From: a virus | Taxonomy: Duplodnaviria; Heunggongvirae; Uroviricota; Caudoviricetes | Virus record (IMG/VR): IMGVR_UViG_3300029745_000141 | Direction: 5' to 3' (one strand) | Length of the DNA stretch: 7,002 nt | In this document: one piece after another, positions 1 to 7,000 of the stretch | Layout of the letters: each line of letters starts with the position of its first letter | Numbering within the stretch: the first letter of the stretch is position 1 | Program-made: the position numbers and the translations under genes | The notes under the pieces: model-generated | The model's database searches: none | What the model saw: only the letters and a program-made list of their open reading frames with translations | What the model was told of the DNA's origin: nothing

Positions 1-108
1 CGGTGTTGCAGAAGAAATCCCGCTGCTGCCTGTGGCGGTATGAGCCGGATCATTACCAGCAAAAATACGTACTTCCGCACGCTGTTCAGTGATGGTTTTC
101 GTTACCAT
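1..108 (-). CDS. D: Head decoration protein (lambda gpD-like), 5' partial; start at 108, runs off the window edge
   Basis: Manual minus-strand translation from the ATG at 108 gives MVTKTITEQRAEVRIFAGNDPAHTATGSSGISSATP. The NDPAHTAT segment matches the N-terminus of lambda gpD as I recall it. A GAGG Shine-Dalgarno lies about 10 nt upstream, and the gene sits directly downstream of the C/Nu3 gene as in lambda. Confidence 0.7.
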   Translation of the reverse strand, partial: MVTKTITEQRAEVRIFAGNDPAHTATGSSGISSATP

Positions 109-144
109 ATTGTAAAAACCTCATATTGATGGTCAGCACTGACT

Positions 145-747
145 TCATGGCATGGCCATGAGCATTTTCACGTCCGCATCACCGTCTGCCGACGTCTGTG
201 ACACGCCACCCTGCACGGCTGCCGGTGAATGGTTCGCCATGATGCGTTCAAACATGGCGGTTGTGGATGCAGAAACCGGTTCTGCTTTATCCGGCGATGA
301 GGAGAGAATGTCGCGGGCAGCCTCCACCGTCATTCCGGGAAACGCCGCCAGTTTTTCAGCCTGCGCCTCAGCCCCTTTTGCCTCATCCAGAGCCATAATC
401 TGATCACGGAGTGAGGGTCCGGCATCCGCCTGCGGTGAAGCCGCCAGGATCGGGCGGGCTTTTTCCACCGTCATATCCGGCATCGCCGCCAGCGTTGCCG
501 CCAGTTGTTCACGACCTTTAGCCTCTTCACACGCCATAATGCGATCGGCTTCACTCTGCGTGGATGCCACCGGCTGCTGTGGTGCTGCCGCGGTCAGAAT
601 CGCCCGGGCCTGTTCAACGCTCATGCCCTGTTGTCCTGCCAGCATCGTGGCAAGCTGTTCACGTCCCTTCGCTTCCTGACACGTCAGGATCCCCATCACT
701 CGCTGGTTCTCCTGCGCGGCAGCTTCCGTTGCAGTTAATTGCGGCAT
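145..747 (-). CDS. nu3: Nested in-frame scaffold protein (lambda Nu3-like), internal start at Met302 of the protease ORF, about 200 aa
   Basis: An in-frame ATG (minus-strand codon at 745..747) is preceded by a strong AGGAGG Shine-Dalgarno (plus coordinates 752..757) with a 4-nt spacer. The product begins MPQLTATEAAA, at the position corresponding to where lambda Nu3 starts inside C as I recall it. In lambda, Nu3 is the C-terminal third of C translated from an internal start. Confidence 0.55.
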   Translation of the reverse strand: MPQLTATEAAAQENQRVMGILTCQEAKGREQLATMLAGQQGMSVEQARAILTAAAPQQPVASTQSEADRIMACEEAKGREQLAATLAAMPDMTVEKARPILAASPQADAGPSLRDQIMALDEAKGAEAQAEKLAAFPGMTVEAARDILSSSPDKAEPVSASTTAMFERIMANHSPAAVQGGVSQTSADGDADVKMLMAMP

Positions 748-1650
748 AGTGCCTCCTGTATCATGAGTGTTCAGCGCCGCAACCATCACACTGATGGCAT
801 CCGACGCATTGATTAATTCATCCGCCAGCCCGGCCTCAATGCCGGACTGACCTTCAAAAACGGCGGCCTCTGTTCCCGTGACTGCATCAACAGACAGACC
901 GGTATACATCGCCACTTTTTCGGCAAACATCCGGCGCGCCGCATCAATCCGCTGCTGCATGTCCTGGCGAACCTCTTCCGGCAACGCTTCAAACTGATTG
1001 CCATCCACCTTGTGCGCCCCTGAGTAAATCAGCGTGATATCCACACCGGCCTGCGCCAGATGACCGGCATAGCTGACATGGCTCATCATCACGCCAATGG
1101 AGCCGATACGGGATGTCTGGGTAACCAGCCGTCGGGAGCAGGCCGACGCCAGCAGCATGGCTGCAGAACAGGCCGTGTCATTGCACAGTGCCCAGACCGG
1201 CTTCTGCTGACTAAGTCGGTAAATCATGTCAGCACAGTCAAACGCACCGGCGGCCTGCCCGCCCGGACTGTCAATGTCCAGCAGTACACCCCGCACCTGG
1301 CTATCCGCCATTGCCTGCTGAAGACAGGCGACAATGCCGTCATAGCCTGTCATTCCGGAAAATGGCCGCATACCCCCCAGCCGGTGCACCAGCGTGCCTG
1401 TCACCGGCAGTACAGCAATACCGTTCACCACCCGGTAAACACGGGCCGGTCGTTTACCTCCGGCCATGTACTCGTCCGTTTCAGCCAGCATTCCGGGAGC
1501 ATCAAGCTGTACCTGCTGTTGTGGTACCGAAAGCCTTGCTGCCCCCATCTCGCGCCCGAGCGCGCAAAAGAAAACCCGCGCATAGGCGGGCTCCAGAAGC
1601 AGCGGTTCATTGAATGCTGCTGCAATAATGTGTGAAAGATTACGTCTCAC
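145..1650 (-). CDS. C: Prohead maturation protease, S49/ClpP-like family (lambda gpC-like), 501 aa
   Basis: 501-aa ORF from the track. The N-terminal two thirds align closely with lambda gpC as recalled (FNEPLLLEPAYARVFFCAL, NGIAVLPVTGTLV, GAFDCAD, KPVWALCND, RRLVTQTSRIGSIGVMM, ITLIYSGAHKVDGN). Its position downstream of the portal gene with an 11-nt overlap matches lambda gene order. Confidence 0.9.
   Translation of the reverse strand: MRRNLSHIIAAAFNEPLLLEPAYARVFFCALGREMGAARLSVPQQQVQLDAPGMLAETDEYMAGGKRPARVYRVVNGIAVLPVTGTLVHRLGGMRPFSGMTGYDGIVACLQQAMADSQVRGVLLDIDSPGGQAAGAFDCADMIYRLSQQKPVWALCNDTACSAAMLLASACSRRLVTQTSRIGSIGVMMSHVSYAGHLAQAGVDITLIYSGAHKVDGNQFEALPEEVRQDMQQRIDAARRMFAEKVAMYTGLSVDAVTGTEAAVFEGQSGIEAGLADELINASDAISVMVAALNTHDTGGTMPQLTATEAAAQENQRVMGILTCQEAKGREQLATMLAGQQGMSVEQARAILTAAAPQQPVASTQSEADRIMACEEAKGREQLAATLAAMPDMTVEKARPILAASPQADAGPSLRDQIMALDEAKGAEAQAEKLAAFPGMTVEAARDILSSSPDKAEPVSASTTAMFERIMANHSPAAVQGGVSQTSADGDADVKMLMAMP
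292..708 (-). repeat. Three diverged tandem copies of a roughly 40-aa unit inside the C/Nu3 coding region, plus a degenerate fourth remnant nearer the 3' end
   Basis: Protein units: QRVMGILTCQEAKGREQLATMLAGQQGMSVEQARAILTAAAPQ; EADRIMACEEAKGREQLAATLAAMPDMTVEKARPILAASPQ; LRDQIMALDEAKGAEAQAEKLAAFPGMTVEAARDILSSSP. The DNA similarity is also visible, e.g. ...ttcacacgccataatgcgatc... at about 520..545 versus ...atccagagccataatctgatc... at about 385..405. Lambda gpC/Nu3, as I recall it, carries a single copy (RIMGILNCEEAHGREEQARVLAETPGMTVKTARRILAAAPQ). Confidence 0.6.
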
Positions 1651-3232
1651 GTGGTGTTGTCTCCTCTTCCGGCCTGCGACTCTCCGCTATCTGCTGCTGA
1701 TACGCCTGCGCTATCCACACCGGACGTGAGAGTCCGGCTTTTTCCCGCTCTGCAGATTCCCTGACCTGCTGGCGGAAAATGTCCTGATAATCCTCGCCCA
1801 TCAGCGCCAGCTCTTTCTCATACGTGCTCAGTCCGGCCTCAATGCGCATCACTGATTCCTGAACCTCCTTGAGCCCGTCAATGGCCATTCTTCCGGCTCC
1901 AATCCACTCAGCCCGTGACCAGGCTGATCGCGCCTGATAAAAATCAAAACGTGCCCGTGGCGGACGAATAATCCCCCGAAGAAGTGCCTCTTCCAGCCAG
2001 CAGGAAAACATCTGCGTGGCCAGCCGGGACGCAATAAATTTTCGCCGCCCCATAAAATAGCGCCACGACTCATTGGCGGATGCGCGGGCACTTGAATAAC
2101 TGACCTTCGAGTAATCACGGGACAACTGTTCGTAGGAAACGCCAAGACCGGCGGCGATATACCGCAGCAGCGCCTGTTCAAGCGCCGAAAATCCATTGTC
2201 TGAATCCTGCGCGGTCTGAAGTTTCAGATCATCACCGGGGAAAAGGTGCGGAATTTTGACACCGCCCAGCGTCACGCTATTCGTGTCATACCAGGTGGAG
2301 AACTTATCCAGAATATTAATAAGCGGATTATCCTTCTGCCCCTGCGGCGCACCGGCGATATATTCAAAGGCCTTTTCGGTATCAAGGTCACTTTCAATCG
2401 TCGCTGCATACATCGCCTTCACTATGGCCGACTGAAGCTGTGTTGCCTGCAGGGAATCGAGCATCTTCAGCCGTTCCATTACGCTGTAAAACTGATTGGC
2501 TCCACGGGTCTGCCCGTCCTCCACCGGCTCGAAAATATGCAGCATGGCCGGACGCCCGGTGGGAAGTTCACGCGGGATCCGTTCCCATCGTCCACTCCCA
2601 GAGAACGGAAAATCATCCTCACAGATATGGTACGCAACGGCACGACCATATCGATCGACCTCCACACCGGCCCGCAGAAAACGGTTCCCCATACCGTGTC
2701 CTGGCGTGTCCACCCGTTTCGGACTCACGGCTTTAAAACGCGTACGAAACAGTTGCGTGCTCTCCGTATCCCAGACCGGCTGCACAAAGATTTCGCCGTT
2801 AAACGCATGAACGCCCACACCTTCACGGATAAATTCCGTAAACGTGCGTTTCCCTTCCACGTCGATCTCGCCAAACATCCCTTCGGCGTATTCCGACCAG
2901 GCCGCCTCCACCTCATCGACAAAGCTTTTTGCTGCGGTCTCCCGCATCCCCAGCCAGCGCCAGTTCGGACGGTAGCTGATCAGAAACATATGCCCGACAA
3001 TATGATCCTTATGCAGGGCCACCGCATTAGCCGCTATCCCGTTATTGCGCACCAGATCATCTGCCCGGGCATTCCCCAGACGCAACGCAGGCAGCAGGGC
3101 TGCATCGGCACTCTGCGCCGGTGGCAACCACTCCGCCATTTGCCCGCCAAATCCTGCACCGCCCCCGTTGTAGCTGAGACTCTCACGAAGCGGAACGCCG
3201 TTCACATCAATCAGGACAGGCGTTCGTTTCAT
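1640..3232 (-). CDS. B: Portal protein (lambda gpB-like), 530 aa
   Basis: 530-aa ORF with extensive colinear similarity to lambda gpB as recalled (GNARADDLVRNNG, FEPVEDGQTRGANQFYSVME, LQSAIVKAMYAATIES, LLRYIAAGLGVSYEQLSR, SYSSARASANESW, FMGRRKF, WIGAGRMAIDGLKEVQESVM, IEAGLSTYEKE). Its start overlaps the W stop by 4 nt, as in lambda. Confidence 0.95.
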   Translation of the reverse strand: MKRTPVLIDVNGVPLRESLSYNGGGAGFGGQMAEWLPPAQSADAALLPALRLGNARADDLVRNNGIAANAVALHKDHIVGHMFLISYRPNWRWLGMRETAAKSFVDEVEAAWSEYAEGMFGEIDVEGKRTFTEFIREGVGVHAFNGEIFVQPVWDTESTQLFRTRFKAVSPKRVDTPGHGMGNRFLRAGVEVDRYGRAVAYHICEDDFPFSGSGRWERIPRELPTGRPAMLHIFEPVEDGQTRGANQFYSVMERLKMLDSLQATQLQSAIVKAMYAATIESDLDTEKAFEYIAGAPQGQKDNPLINILDKFSTWYDTNSVTLGGVKIPHLFPGDDLKLQTAQDSDNGFSALEQALLRYIAAGLGVSYEQLSRDYSKVSYSSARASANESWRYFMGRRKFIASRLATQMFSCWLEEALLRGIIRPPRARFDFYQARSAWSRAEWIGAGRMAIDGLKEVQESVMRIEAGLSTYEKELALMGEDYQDIFRQQVRESAEREKAGLSRPVWIAQAYQQQIAESRRPEEETTPRET

Positions 3233-3435
3233 AACCTCACTCCCAGCGGACGACGGCGACGCCGGGTTGTCCCCAGTACCGACTCCGCATCATTGATCGC
3301 CCGGTTAAGCTCATCCAGAGAAGCCGCCGTATATTCAATTCTGCGACCATCTTTCTGGACAGACACCACCCGTTTACCGGTTAATAAATCAAGGCGCGCC
3401 TGACGCAGCGCCTGCAGTTCAGCGACTGTAACCAT
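3229..3435 (-). CDS. W: Head completion / head-tail joining protein (lambda gpW-like), 68 aa
   Basis: 68-aa ORF, the same length as lambda gpW, with a conserved core (LLTGKRVVSVQKDGRRIEYTAASL versus lambda [24 protein letters not shown] as recalled). It lies between the large terminase and portal genes. Confidence 0.85.
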   Translation of the reverse strand: MVTVAELQALRQARLDLLTGKRVVSVQKDGRRIEYTAASLDELNRAINDAESVLGTTRRRRRPLGVRL

Positions 3436-5347
3436 TCACTCCTCCGGACAGCTTCGCTGCCAGTTCTTTAAGGGTTGGCCGGGTCGTCTCTTCTTCCCGG
3501 GATTTTGCCAGTACAGCCAGATCAAGCTGCCAGCGTTGCACGGACACACGTAATGCCGCGTAGGCATACACCAGGCAGTCCAGCGCTTCGTTACGCCGCT
3601 TTTTGTTATCCCACAGCAGACGCATCTTTCCTTTTTCCCACTTCTCCACAAGCTCTTCCGCGACCAGTTGCTGCGCCTCTGTCTGCGAAAAAATCTCCGG
3701 ATCATCAGGAAAACGGATGGCATACGACGTGGCTTCATCCGCAGGCGTGGGATCGGCTTTCATACGGGCATAGAGAATTTCTTTTGCGGTGTCCGTCCCC
3801 ACTTCGCACAGATACACGCCCCGCTGATTGCGGGTTTTTGGCATGGTGATCACCGGCTTGCCATAAACAGATGCACCTTTTACCGGCAGCACCCGGAAAA
3901 CACCGTGTTTTTTTGACCTCTGATAGACAATTTCGCCATCGATCCCTCCGGTGTCCCAGCAGACACGGGAAATGGTCATTTCGGTTCCGTCTGCATGGCG
4001 GTATTTTTTGTTGATCGCCACATCCACACGTAACAGCGTCTCTTCCTCATCGGGACGCCCCATAATGATGATTTTATCCACCAGAAAGGCTTCCTCTCCC
4101 GGAGCCCATCCCCAGACATACATCTCAAAACGGTTTCGCTGCGAGTCAATGCCCGCCGTCAGATAAACCACCCGGGAAGGCACCGCAGCCGTGTAACGCA
4201 CAACCTTATCCATCAGCACCTGGTGATCGAGTTTTTCGCCCACGGCCTCTTCCCAGGTCTCGCCCAGCGTGGTGTTCACAAAGGTTTTCAGGCCGTTGGG
4301 ATCTTTCAGTGCATCCAGCCAGTCATAGACAATCTGTACCCAGGTGGTGAACGGACTGTACGCCGTCCAGATATGGAATGTGATGGAGCGCGGCGGCGGA
4401 ATTTCATTACCCGCAGCGCTGAAAAACGTCAGGCCGTCACGGGTCCACATGCCCGTGTTTTCACAGATCCACCGCCCGTTGCTCTGGTCAAGATCAGACT
4501 GATGGATCACGCAGCCATGATGTTCACAGAGGTAGAAAACACTTTCTGGACTGTCCTTCTCCCATTTAAGGCCAAAAGGCGTGGACTCATCGCCAAATTT
4601 CAGATACTGCGCCTCCCCACAGTGTGGGCAGGGCACATAAAAACGCATGAAATGCGCCGACTCGTTGGCCGCTTTTTCGATCTGGCAGGAGCCTTTTATT
4701 TTAGGCGTCGAGCCGCGAATGGATTTTGGCCATACCGAGCCCTCAATACGCTTATCCCCCAGCAGGGTTGGCGAGCCCTCTTTTTCGACATCCGGCTCGA
4801 ACGAGGAAAGTTCGTCATAGCAGACCACGTCCACGGATTTTTCACGGTAGTTTTTGGCGGCAGCACCACCCAGGCACCAGAACCCCACACGGGACGTGAA
4901 TCTTTTTAATGTCAGTGTGTTATCCCGGTGCTTACGCCCCAGCCAGGGGGAAAGAATTTTCAGACAGGGAACATCCCGTAATGTTGACTCCACATGAGAC
5001 TTCATAAAATCTTCAGCGGCAGAATCCGTAGGCTGAAACAGAAGACTGTTACGGTTTTTATGCTCAATAAAGTAACCAATAACGCCCATCAGCATTTTGG
5101 TGTAACCGACTCGAGCTGATTTTATAAGATTAATTGTGCGGATCCGGTCATTACCCATGCAGTTCATTATTGCCACCTGAAAGGGCAACGTCTTCCACCG
5201 CCCAGCAAGATAAGAGGACTCCGGGGGCAAATAATAATTTTGATCGGCCCATTCAACGGTGGTTACAGGCAGTGGGCGTAAAAGCCCACGAAGTGCCACT
5301 CCACAAACAACAGCAAAGTTATTTAGCTGCTTCTCTGAGGTATTCAT
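3419..5347 (-). CDS. A: Terminase large subunit (lambda gpA-like), 642 aa, with ATPase and nuclease domains
   Basis: 642-aa ORF (lambda gpA is 641 aa) with near-colinear similarity to gpA as recalled ([20 protein letters not shown], a Walker-A-like KSARVGYTK motif at about 5096..5122, [92 protein letters not shown]). Its 5' end overlaps the Nu1 3' end by 29 nt, a long overlap as in lambda. Confidence 0.95.
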   Translation of the reverse strand: MNTSEKQLNNFAVVCGVALRGLLRPLPVTTVEWADQNYYLPPESSYLAGRWKTLPFQVAIMNCMGNDRIRTINLIKSARVGYTKMLMGVIGYFIEHKNRNSLLFQPTDSAAEDFMKSHVESTLRDVPCLKILSPWLGRKHRDNTLTLKRFTSRVGFWCLGGAAAKNYREKSVDVVCYDELSSFEPDVEKEGSPTLLGDKRIEGSVWPKSIRGSTPKIKGSCQIEKAANESAHFMRFYVPCPHCGEAQYLKFGDESTPFGLKWEKDSPESVFYLCEHHGCVIHQSDLDQSNGRWICENTGMWTRDGLTFFSAAGNEIPPPRSITFHIWTAYSPFTTWVQIVYDWLDALKDPNGLKTFVNTTLGETWEEAVGEKLDHQVLMDKVVRYTAAVPSRVVYLTAGIDSQRNRFEMYVWGWAPGEEAFLVDKIIIMGRPDEEETLLRVDVAINKKYRHADGTEMTISRVCWDTGGIDGEIVYQRSKKHGVFRVLPVKGASVYGKPVITMPKTRNQRGVYLCEVGTDTAKEILYARMKADPTPADEATSYAIRFPDDPEIFSQTEAQQLVAEELVEKWEKGKMRLLWDNKKRRNEALDCLVYAYAALRVSVQRWQLDLAVLAKSREEETTRPTLKELAAKLSGGVNGYSR

Positions 5348-5867
5348 CCAGCATCTCCGGTAACTTCTCTGCCGTTGATGCGCATCGGTTTGCCGCCTTT
5401 GCTATATCGGTTTTCAGGAAATCAAGCATAGCGGGCGTCAGTGCCGGAAACTGTCTCTGCATGGACAATGGAATGGAGTCAAGAATGGCAGAGATCTCCT
5501 GTGCCAGTCTTCCCAGAGCAAAAAGGCAAAACCCTGTATCAATGACCTGCCCACTGTCGCGGGCATTTTTCAGTTCCTGTGCATCTGCCTGTGCCTTCGT
5601 CAGTCGGTAACGTTCGTAATCAATGGTGCCGGGCTGAAGGTCTGATTCGCTGGCAGCCCTCAAATCCTCGACCTCTTTACGGAGTTTTTCATTTTCAATA
5701 TCAGCTTCGCGCTGAGCATACCATTCGATCGCCTTCGCAGAATCAAAGATGACCTCAACACCTTTTCCTCCACCAGATATCTGAGGGAGCCCCTGAGTTT
5801 GCCAGCGATCAATAGTGCGTATATCGACATTAAAGATTTCAGCAAGCTTCTTTTTATTAACATTCAT
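5319..5867 (-). CDS. nu1: Terminase small subunit (lambda Nu1-like), 182 aa, cosB-binding winged HTH at the N-terminus
   Basis: 182-aa ORF. The N-terminus [28 protein letters not shown] matches lambda Nu1 (MEVNKKQLADIFGASIRTIQNWQEQGMP as recalled), with further conserved blocks ([35 protein letters not shown]). AAGGA Shine-Dalgarno 8 nt upstream of the ATG. It sits immediately next to the cos site. Confidence 0.9.
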   Translation of the reverse strand: MNVNKKKLAEIFNVDIRTIDRWQTQGLPQISGGGKGVEVIFDSAKAIEWYAQREADIENEKLRKEVEDLRAASESDLQPGTIDYERYRLTKAQADAQELKNARDSGQVIDTGFCLFALGRLAQEISAILDSIPLSMQRQFPALTPAMLDFLKTDIAKAANRCASTAEKLPEMLDEYLREAAK

Positions 5868-6043
5868 TCAGCAATTCCTTATCAAAAATCAGTTACGACA
5901 TGAAATGCCAAAAAAGACAGATTTTTCAGCGTTCTGATGTCGTTTCTTTCTTGATGATTATTTCTTTAAAAACAATAAGTTAACAACAAGAAGAACTGAC
6001 ATGCTTTTTCCCGAAAAATTTTCATAAATAGCGAAAACCCGCG
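5868..6043. promoter_or_regulatory. cosB-like terminase binding region between cosN and the nu1 start, with R-site-like elements
   Basis: Position is equivalent to lambda cosB. The roughly 45 bp next to cosN are nearly identical to the lambda left end as I recall it (minus strand: CTCGCGGGTTTTCGCTATTTATGAAAATTTTTCGG). R-site-like elements: gtcgtttctttc at 5939..5950 (compare lambda R-site core GTCGTTTCCTTTC), a tcagttcttcttg-type element at about 5984..5999, and a partial TGTCGTAAC copy at about 5891..5899. The region is AT-rich, consistent with an IHF bend site. Exact R and I1 boundaries are not determined. Confidence 0.6.
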
Positions 6044-6055
6044 AGGTCGCCGCCC
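6044..6055. other. cosN, the 12-bp cohesive-end nicking site (intact, i.e. prophage or concatemer form)
   Basis: The sequence aggtcgccgccc at 6044..6055 is the exact reverse complement of the lambda cohesive end GGGCGGCGACCT. It is flanked by lambda-like left-end and right-end sequence on either side. Confidence 0.8.
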
Positions 6056-6078
6056 CGTAACGGCCCGGATCGCCGGAA

Positions 6079-6085
6079 AGGACCC
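6079..6085. other. cosQ-like element (packaging termination signal) on the right-end side of cosN
   Basis: The minus-strand reading of 6056..6086 is CGGGTCCTTTCCGGCGATCCGGGCCGTTACG, very close to the lambda right terminus as I recall it (CGGGTCCTTTCCGGTGATCCGACAGGTTACG). The heptamer GGGTCCT lies 24 to 30 bp from the nick position, which is where I recall lambda cosQ. Both the coordinates and the heptamer are from memory. Confidence 0.5.
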
Positions 6086-6422
6086 GAGAAAATGATAATG
6101 ATTATCAGTTGCAACAAAATCCAGTTTCTTCCACCATCGCACCGGACGAGCGACCATGAGGGGACAACGCCACGCTCCGTTAACGCGGTAAACCCCGGTG
6201 TGTATCGTTTTTGATTATCCCCGCACACTCGCGCAGAGGAGTCTCCCGGTAGGGCTGCGGTCTCTGTTCATGTGGGAATACGGCGACGATACTGCGCAAA
6301 GACATGCTTCAGAAATACATAAGTAAACTAAAATATTGTATCTCTGTGGCTAATTACGTAAATTGGTGGCTTGGCCCCTTTAGCCACCGGCAAATCTTCA
6401 GCGGATTATCCTTGGCCGGTTT

Positions 6423-6896
6423 TTATCTGAGGCATTGCTCACGAATGTATAGCTGTGCCCCTTCCAGCTGCTTCTGCATTGTCATCAACCGTTCTCTGAG
6501 GATGAAATAATCCCGTTCAGCGGCGTCTGCCAGTCTGGGGCCGGTTGCATTATCCACGCCGGAGGTGGTGGGGGCTTCACGCACGGAGCCTGGACAGGTG
6601 GCGTTGATCCGCAGGCGCTTACGACCAGCGGCAACGTCAGCGCGAAGAGTTTCATTTTCAGCTCTCGCATCGGCTAATTCCCTCGAGTATTTTGCATCGA
6701 GCGCAGCAACATCGCGCTGGCGCACCTGCATATCAGTAATGGTTGCGTTCGCCAGCTTCAGTTCACTGGCTTTGTTATCGCGCTGCGCTTTGTAGGTAAT
6801 CGCGTTATCACGGTAATGGTCTGTTGCCATCCACAGCGCTCCACAGGCCACCAGCAGAATAACGATAAACGCGGAAAGCATTCGGTTTATGTTCAC
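6423..6896 (-). CDS. Rz: Rz inner-membrane spanin (i-spanin) subunit; GTG start at 6896 (157 aa) or ATG at 6881 (152 aa)
   Basis: Strong similarity to lambda Rz as recalled ([74 protein letters not shown]). Single N-terminal transmembrane segment followed by a periplasmic coiled-coil-like domain. The ORF track start is a GTG whose G-T-G-A overlaps the stop of the upstream ORF. The ATG at 6881 gives an N-terminus with no positive residue before the transmembrane segment, so GTG is slightly favoured. Confidence 0.9.
   Translation of the reverse strand: MNINRMLSAFIVILLVACGALWMATDHYRDNAITYKAQRDNKASELKLANATITDMQVRQRDVAALDAKYSRELADARAENETLRADVAAGRKRLRINATCPGSVREAPTTSGVDNATGPRLADAAERDYFILRERLMTMQKQLEGAQLYIREQCLR
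6485..6670 (-). CDS. Rz1: Rz1 outer-membrane lipoprotein spanin (o-spanin), embedded entirely in the +1 frame of Rz, 61 aa
   Basis: [20 protein letters not shown] has a signal peptide and lipobox (VSAC) followed by the proline-rich mature peptide [32 protein letters not shown]. This closely matches lambda Rz1 ([31 protein letters not shown] as recalled). The ORF lies wholly inside Rz in another frame, the classic embedded spanin architecture. Confidence 0.85.
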   Translation of the reverse strand: MRELKMKLFALTLPLVVSACGSTPPVQAPCVKPPPPPAWIMQPAPDWQTPLNGIISSSENG

Positions 6897-7000
6897 CCCA
6901 GCAGCCCCGACGAAGACAACATCATCCAGGCCATGGAAAGAAAAAGAGCAACCAGCATTAGTGAAAATGAAATGCCGACAATTACACAGAGGATCTTCGC
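6893..7000 (-). CDS. 3' end of an unidentified upstream ORF with a strongly hydrophobic C-terminus; its stop overlaps the Rz GTG start
   Basis: Manual minus-strand translation gives ...[35 protein letters not shown] followed by a stop at 6893..6895. The TGA stop shares GTGA with the Rz GTG start, suggesting translational coupling. The sequence does not resemble the C-terminus of lambda R or P22 gp19 as I recall them. Support is weak: it is a short partial ORF cut by the window edge. Confidence 0.25.
   Translation of the reverse strand, partial: AKILCVIVGISFSLMLVALFLSMAWMMLSSSGLLG

Noticed and set aside
1060-1635. 191-aa plus-strand ORF (and the 100-aa ORF at 1311..1613)
   Set aside because: Antisense shadow ORFs inside the protease gene, with Cys/His/Arg-rich composition typical of a non-coding frame.
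2246-3403. 385-aa plus-strand ORF
   Set aside because: It lies entirely antisense to the well-supported portal and W genes. Its protein is Arg/His/Pro-rich and low-complexity, with no recognisable motifs. It is a typical shadow ORF of a GC-rich coding region.
4223-4909. 228-aa plus-strand ORF
   Set aside because: Antisense to the large terminase gene, which has strong homology support on the minus strand. It has no motif or ribosome-binding-site support.
5134-5610. 158-aa plus-strand ORF
   Set aside because: Antisense to the nu1/A junction. Both minus-strand genes there are strongly supported by homology.
6085-6130. Possible sigma70 promoter overlapping the Fur-like palindrome (TTGCAA at about 6109..6114 with TATCAT/GATAAT-like hexamers)
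   Set aside because: No combination of -35 and -10 hexamers has acceptable spacing (spacers of 11 to 14 bp, or poor -35 matches), so I do not call a promoter.
6022-6228. 68-aa minus-strand ORF (and the 63-aa ORF at 5966..6157)
   Set aside because: These frames run straight through cosN and cosQ, which are conserved non-coding packaging signals. There is no Shine-Dalgarno and the sequence is implausible for a protein.
6377-6424. GC stem (ccggc ... gccgg) followed by TTTTTA on the plus strand, a possible plus-strand terminator
   Set aside because: The stem is only 5 bp around a loop of about 32 nt, and there is no plus-strand gene upstream for it to terminate. Probably coincidental.
6304-6510. 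68-aa plus-strand ORF
   Set aside because: Its 3' half overlaps the Rz/Rz1 coding region on the opposite strand, and there is no convincing ribosome binding site. The only structured element in the region is the hairpin at 6355..6378, reported separately.
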